Below are positions 60,465-64,000 of a DNA stretch of 64,000 nucleotides, one piece after another. Origin of the DNA: Candidatus Poribacteria bacterium (GTDB lineage: Bacteria > Poribacteria > WGA-4E > GCA-2687025); assembly GCA_963665845.2 (NCBI GenBank), contig OY762492.1, positions 2,176,001 to 2,240,000 on the forward strand, read 5' to 3'. Position 1 is the first letter of the stretch. Each line of letters begins with the position of its first letter. The notes under the pieces were generated by a model. It made no database searches. It was given only the letters and a program-made list of their open reading frames with translations, and was not told the DNA's origin. Made by a program: the position numbers and the translations under genes.

Positions 60465-60505
60465 CCGTTTGCTGTTCATATTTCTCAAAAGTGAAGGCGG
60501 TTATC
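60465..60505. repeat. Direct repeat copy 2 at the 3' flank of the MTase-HNH gene
   Basis: CCGTTTGCTGTTCATATTTCTCAAAAGTGAAGGCGGTTATC. Confidence 0.7.
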
Positions 60506-61766
60506 CGTTAGGCGGCTGCTGGTTGCCTTTAGCGATAATCTCTTGCCGCCGCTTGATCCATCCCTTGTCGGTCAGCAGTTTGATCAGCTCCTCCTGAGAC
60601 TTGGCGCCTTTATGCGCGTTGCAGGACCCGCACAGCAGCTGCAGGTTGCTGATATGGTCGTTCCCGCCATTCGCGCGCGGGATGATATGATCCACCTGAA
60701 AATGCCGCGGCTCAAAATGCGTCCCGCAAGCGGTACAGTAACCGCCCTGCTCACCGTATAGATAACGGCGGTTCTCGGCGCAGTTGTATTTCGGGATTTT
60801 GCCTAAGTCGGTACGTTTCGGTATGTCGGTTCGATGCGCGCCTCGATACATCAGCCCGACCTCCTCCTGCAGACGCGACTTTACAAGATCCGCCGCCTTC
60901 TCGGAGATGTCGATGCCGACCCATTCCCGCTGGAGCTGTTCAGCGGCGACGCAGGTCGTCGCGCAGCCGCAGAACGGATCCAACACCATGCCGCCCTCGT
61001 TCGATGACGCCTCAATAACGCGGCGCAAGAGAGCCAGCGGCTTCTGCGTCGGATAGCCTGTCCGCTCTTTTTTTAGTCTTGCGACAGGCGTAATGTCGCT
61101 CCACCAGTCCTCTACCACTTTGCCCTCATCGCTCAGGCGCGCCGATTGTTTGAAAATGCCCTGCGTCTTTCCCGTATCCAGCTTCACATAGGGAACGCGA
61201 ACTGCGTTTCTATTGAAGGCGGCGTCGTCGGAATTGGCATAAAATAAAATCACATCATGCTTGCGGGGAAACCATCGGCGCGTGTTAGACGGCCCCGTGT
61301 ATGCCCAGACCACCTCATTTCTAAAATTCGCCTTCCCGAAAACCGAGTCCATCAGCAGTTTCAGATAATGGCTCGCGGTCGGGTCGCAATGGAGGTAGAT
61401 GGAGCCGTCCGGTTTCAGAACCCTGCGCATTTCCATGATGCGGATCGACATGTAGATCAGGTAGCTCTTCATGGAGGCGCCGTGGATGTCGCGCGTCGCG
61501 GTCAGCAGCGCATAGAGGCCTGGGTATTCATGCTTGATTTCGCCGTGCCAGACCAGTTTGACATCGTCCAGCCCCCAGGTGTCTTTGAAGGCGGCGCCCG
61601 CCGCTTTGCTTCCGATGGGAGCGGCGTAGTTCGCCTTGCTGTTGAACGGCGGATCGAGATAAATCAGGTCAACGCTGTCGGAGTTCATGCCGCGCATGAT
61701 GTCCAGGTTGTCGCCTGTCCAGATCGTCTGCGAGGCGAAGTTAGCGGCGCGCGTTTCTTGTTTCAT
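60501..61766 (-). CDS. Beta-class DNA methyltransferase fused to a C-terminal HNH endonuclease
   Basis: IYLDPPF, YPTQKP, VLDPFCGCATT, then CTAC...VDHIIP...GG..HISNLQLLCGSCN..KG; AGGAGG RBS. Confidence 0.9.
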   Translation of the reverse strand: MKQETRAANFASQTIWTGDNLDIMRGMNSDSVDLIYLDPPFNSKANYAAPIGSKAAGAAFKDTWGLDDVKLVWHGEIKHEYPGLYALLTATRDIHGASMKSYLIYMSIRIMEMRRVLKPDGSIYLHCDPTASHYLKLLMDSVFGKANFRNEVVWAYTGPSNTRRWFPRKHDVILFYANSDDAAFNRNAVRVPYVKLDTGKTQGIFKQSARLSDEGKVVEDWWSDITPVARLKKERTGYPTQKPLALLRRVIEASSNEGGMVLDPFCGCATTCVAAEQLQREWVGIDISEKAADLVKSRLQEEVGLMYRGAHRTDIPKRTDLGKIPKYNCAENRRYLYGEQGGYCTACGTHFEPRHFQVDHIIPRANGGNDHISNLQLLCGSCNAHKGAKSQEELIKLLTDKGWIKRRQEIIAKGNQQPPNG

Positions 61767-61892
61767 CCGTCCTCCTGCAAAAGCGCAACTGACCCTGACG
61801 CTTTCATGTTACATGAATGCCCGAAATTGCGCAAACAGAGCCGTCTGTAAAGAAGAATGCCGTCTAACGGATAAACCCGCCACGGGCCTTCG

Positions 61893-62981
61893 TCATGGCG
61901 CCTCCCAGCCCTCCAAAGGATGCCGCCGATCCGTCAGCGGAAGCGCGACCCGCCCATGACGATGCGCCGCATAAACCCCAAGAATCATCTCCATTGACCA
62001 GCGCGCGTTTCGTCCGCTGCACATCGGCTCCCGATCCTCGCCTGCCGCCTGAATCAGATCCTGCACAAGCGGCTTGTTCAGCTCCACAACCCCCTTGCTC
62101 TGCGACGGATGCCCGACCACAACCCACTCATCCGCCGACGGCGGCGGAGACAAACAGCCATGCGGATACAAAGCGAGCCGATCGCAGCGGTAATCCAGAA
62201 CGCCCTCGCTTCCCTGAATCTGAACGCCCATCGACCGATTTCCGAAATGAGAACCCTCCCGACGAGAACGGAACGTCCCGACAATGCCGCTGTCAAAAAG
62301 GTAGGTCGCGCGCAGATGATCGCCCGCTATTAGCCCGACCTGCTCATCCCCCTGCCGCGCGTCCCCAGGGCCGACGGGGCGTCCGCCTTCCAGAACGACG
62401 GCGCTCACGCTCACAGGGTCGCCGCCGAAGAGGCGCATCAGATCGAAAATGTGCGTTCCGAGGATCATCAGATCAAGCCCGCCGCCGCGATGGTCTTGCT
62501 TTCCAAAGCCATGCAGCTCGCGGATTTCGCCGACGGCTCCGTCCTCGATCATCTCCTGCGCCGTTTGAATGAACGGATGCGCTCGGTTTTGGTGGGCGAC
62601 CGCGATTTTGACGCCGTTTCGCTCGCAGGCGTCCAGCATCGCGTCCGCGTCCTCTGGCGTTTGCGAAAACGGCTTCTCGCAGTAAATGCCGCGTATGCCC
62701 GATTCGGCGGCGGCGACGACCATCTCCCTGCGTTCGCCGACCCAGCGCGGACAAACGCTCACGAAGTCGAGCGTTTCGTTGTGGAGCATCTGTCGATAGT
62801 CGGCGTAGCGGCTTTTCTGGGGGACGCCGAGGCGGTCTCCCGCCGCTTTCAATCCGCCGGGGTTGGCGTCCGCGACCGCCGCGATGTCGGCTCCGTCGAT
62901 GGAGAGCCAGACCGTGTCGAGACCATGTCCGTAGTTGCCGCTGCCTGTGTGTCCGATGACGCCGATTCGATAGGTTGCCAT
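61893..62981 (-). CDS. Gfo/Idh/MocA family oxidoreductase
   Basis: IGVIGHTG, IYCEKP, GTHIFDL. Confidence 0.88.
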   Translation of the reverse strand: MATYRIGVIGHTGSGNYGHGLDTVWLSIDGADIAAVADANPGGLKAAGDRLGVPQKSRYADYRQMLHNETLDFVSVCPRWVGERREMVVAAAESGIRGIYCEKPFSQTPEDADAMLDACERNGVKIAVAHQNRAHPFIQTAQEMIEDGAVGEIRELHGFGKQDHRGGGLDLMILGTHIFDLMRLFGGDPVSVSAVVLEGGRPVGPGDARQGDEQVGLIAGDHLRATYLFDSGIVGTFRSRREGSHFGNRSMGVQIQGSEGVLDYRCDRLALYPHGCLSPPPSADEWVVVGHPSQSKGVVELNKPLVQDLIQAAGEDREPMCSGRNARWSMEMILGVYAAHRHGRVALPLTDRRHPLEGWEAP

Positions 62982-63045
62982 GCGTTCGCCTTTCGGTTGT
63001 TTCTTAGGGCGATTGTCGCGCAAATGGGCGAAATTGGAAAGTGGG

Positions 63046-63235
63046 CTGATCTTACGTCTTTAGTTGGGACATGTCGGCATGCGAATGCGGACGTCTTCTG
63101 CAACGCCTCTAGATTCCCGCTTACGCGGGAATGCATGTCCTCGCGTAAGCGGGGGACGGTTTGGTTGGCGGCGCCTTTTTCCCATGAATAGAGCGATCGT
63201 CGGTTCAAATGTCCCAACTTTAGACATGAGGTCAA
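63046..63235 (-). mobile_element. MITE, 190-bp variant
   Basis: TIRs CTGATCTTACGTCTTTAGTTGGGACAT / ATGTCCCAACTTTAGACATGAGGTCAA. Confidence 0.88.
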
Positions 63236-63303
63236 CGCGTTGCCCCCTTCCGCCGGGTATGGTATGCTGGCGCGGCATACCCGTAACAGAGACTGGAGTC
63301 AAC

Positions 63304-64000
63304 ATGGCAGATAAGACATACAAGGTCGGCATCGTCGGATGCGGAGGCATGGGACGCGCGCACGCGGGCGCATGGAGCCGCCATGAACGATGCGAGGTGG
63401 TCGCCGCCGCCGATATGACGCTGGCCGCGGCGCAAAAGCTTGCCGAATCGCACAACGCGCGCGCCTACGACGACTACCATAAAATGTTTGAAACCGAGCA
63501 GCTGGACATCGTCTCCGTCACCACATGGCAGAGTGTGCGCGCCGAGATCACCGTCGCCGCGGCGAACGCCGGCGTCAAAGGCCTCTTCGGCGAGAAGCCG
63601 ATGGCTGCCAGCATGGGCGGCGCCCGCGACATGATCGACGCCTGCGAGAAAAACGGCGCCAAACTCGCCATCGGGCATCAGCGGCGATACGGCGCCCAGA
63701 ACGTCGAAATGCGCCGGCTCGTCATGGACGGCGCCATCGGCAAACCGAACGCCGTTCTGCGCCGAGATGCGCACGGGCTGCTCAACCGAGGGACGCATGA
63801 AATCGATGAGATGCGCTACTGGATCGGCGACCCCGATCCGCTCTGGCTCATCGGCAACCTGTCGCGCAAAACCGACCGCTGGGAGCGGCGCGTCCGCACC
63901 GAAGACCTGTGCGCCTTTCTGCTCTGCTTTGAAGGCGGCGCCCGCGGAACCTATGAAAGCGACATGCCCGGACCCGACCTGAACCGCCATATCGTGTACG
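63304..64000 (+). CDS. Gfo/Idh/MocA family oxidoreductase (runs off window end)
   Basis: Manual translation MADKTYKVGIVGCGGMGRAHA..., GEKPMA, IGHQRR; GGAG RBS. Confidence 0.85.
   Translation, partial: MADKTYKVGIVGCGGMGRAHAGAWSRHERCEVVAAADMTLAAAQKLAESHNARAYDDYHKMFETEQLDIVSVTTWQSVRAEITVAAANAGVKGLFGEKPMAASMGGARDMIDACEKNGAKLAIGHQRRYGAQNVEMRRLVMDGAIGKPNAVLRRDAHGLLNRGTHEIDEMRYWIGDPDPLWLIGNLSRKTDRWERRVRTEDLCAFLLCFEGGARGTYESDMPGPDLNRHIVY

Noticed and set aside
57574-61766. Prophage or integrative element
   Set aside because: No integrase, tRNA target, replication or structural genes; treated as a small defence island.

Overview
GC-rich bacterial chromosomal window with about 50 CDSs; I found no rRNA, tRNA, CRISPR array, transposase or integrase. 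Housekeeping and metabolic genes (sucCD, nadB, lolA, larE, cstA, Gfo/Idh/MocA oxidoreductases, sugar-phosphate isomerases, VWA/DUF58/DUF4159 clusters, a TonB-dependent receptor, three sigma factors) alternate with AT-richer defence genes: Mrr, a Type II-like REase plus MTase, an orphan beta-class MTase, Fic, a DUF4365-like pair and an MTase-HNH fusion. WD40, ankyrin and NHL repeat proteins plus the oxidoreductase expansion suggest a sponge-symbiont-type organism such as Candidatus Poribacteria (inference only). Most larger intergenic regions are mosaics of a CGTC-tagged REP hairpin (about 25 copies), a 168/190-bp TIR-bounded MITE carrying that hairpin, a C/G-run hairpin and polar 'stutter' arrays. 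The most striking signal is that defence cassettes have gene-precise boundaries. The REase-MTase pair lies between two 76-bp direct repeats copying the promoter, RBS and first codons of the downstream gene. The Fic/DUF4365 module lies between direct repeats copying the stop-codon flank of its neighbour. The MTase-HNH gene sits between 16-bp inverted repeats. All product calls come from motif recognition by eye, not database searches.
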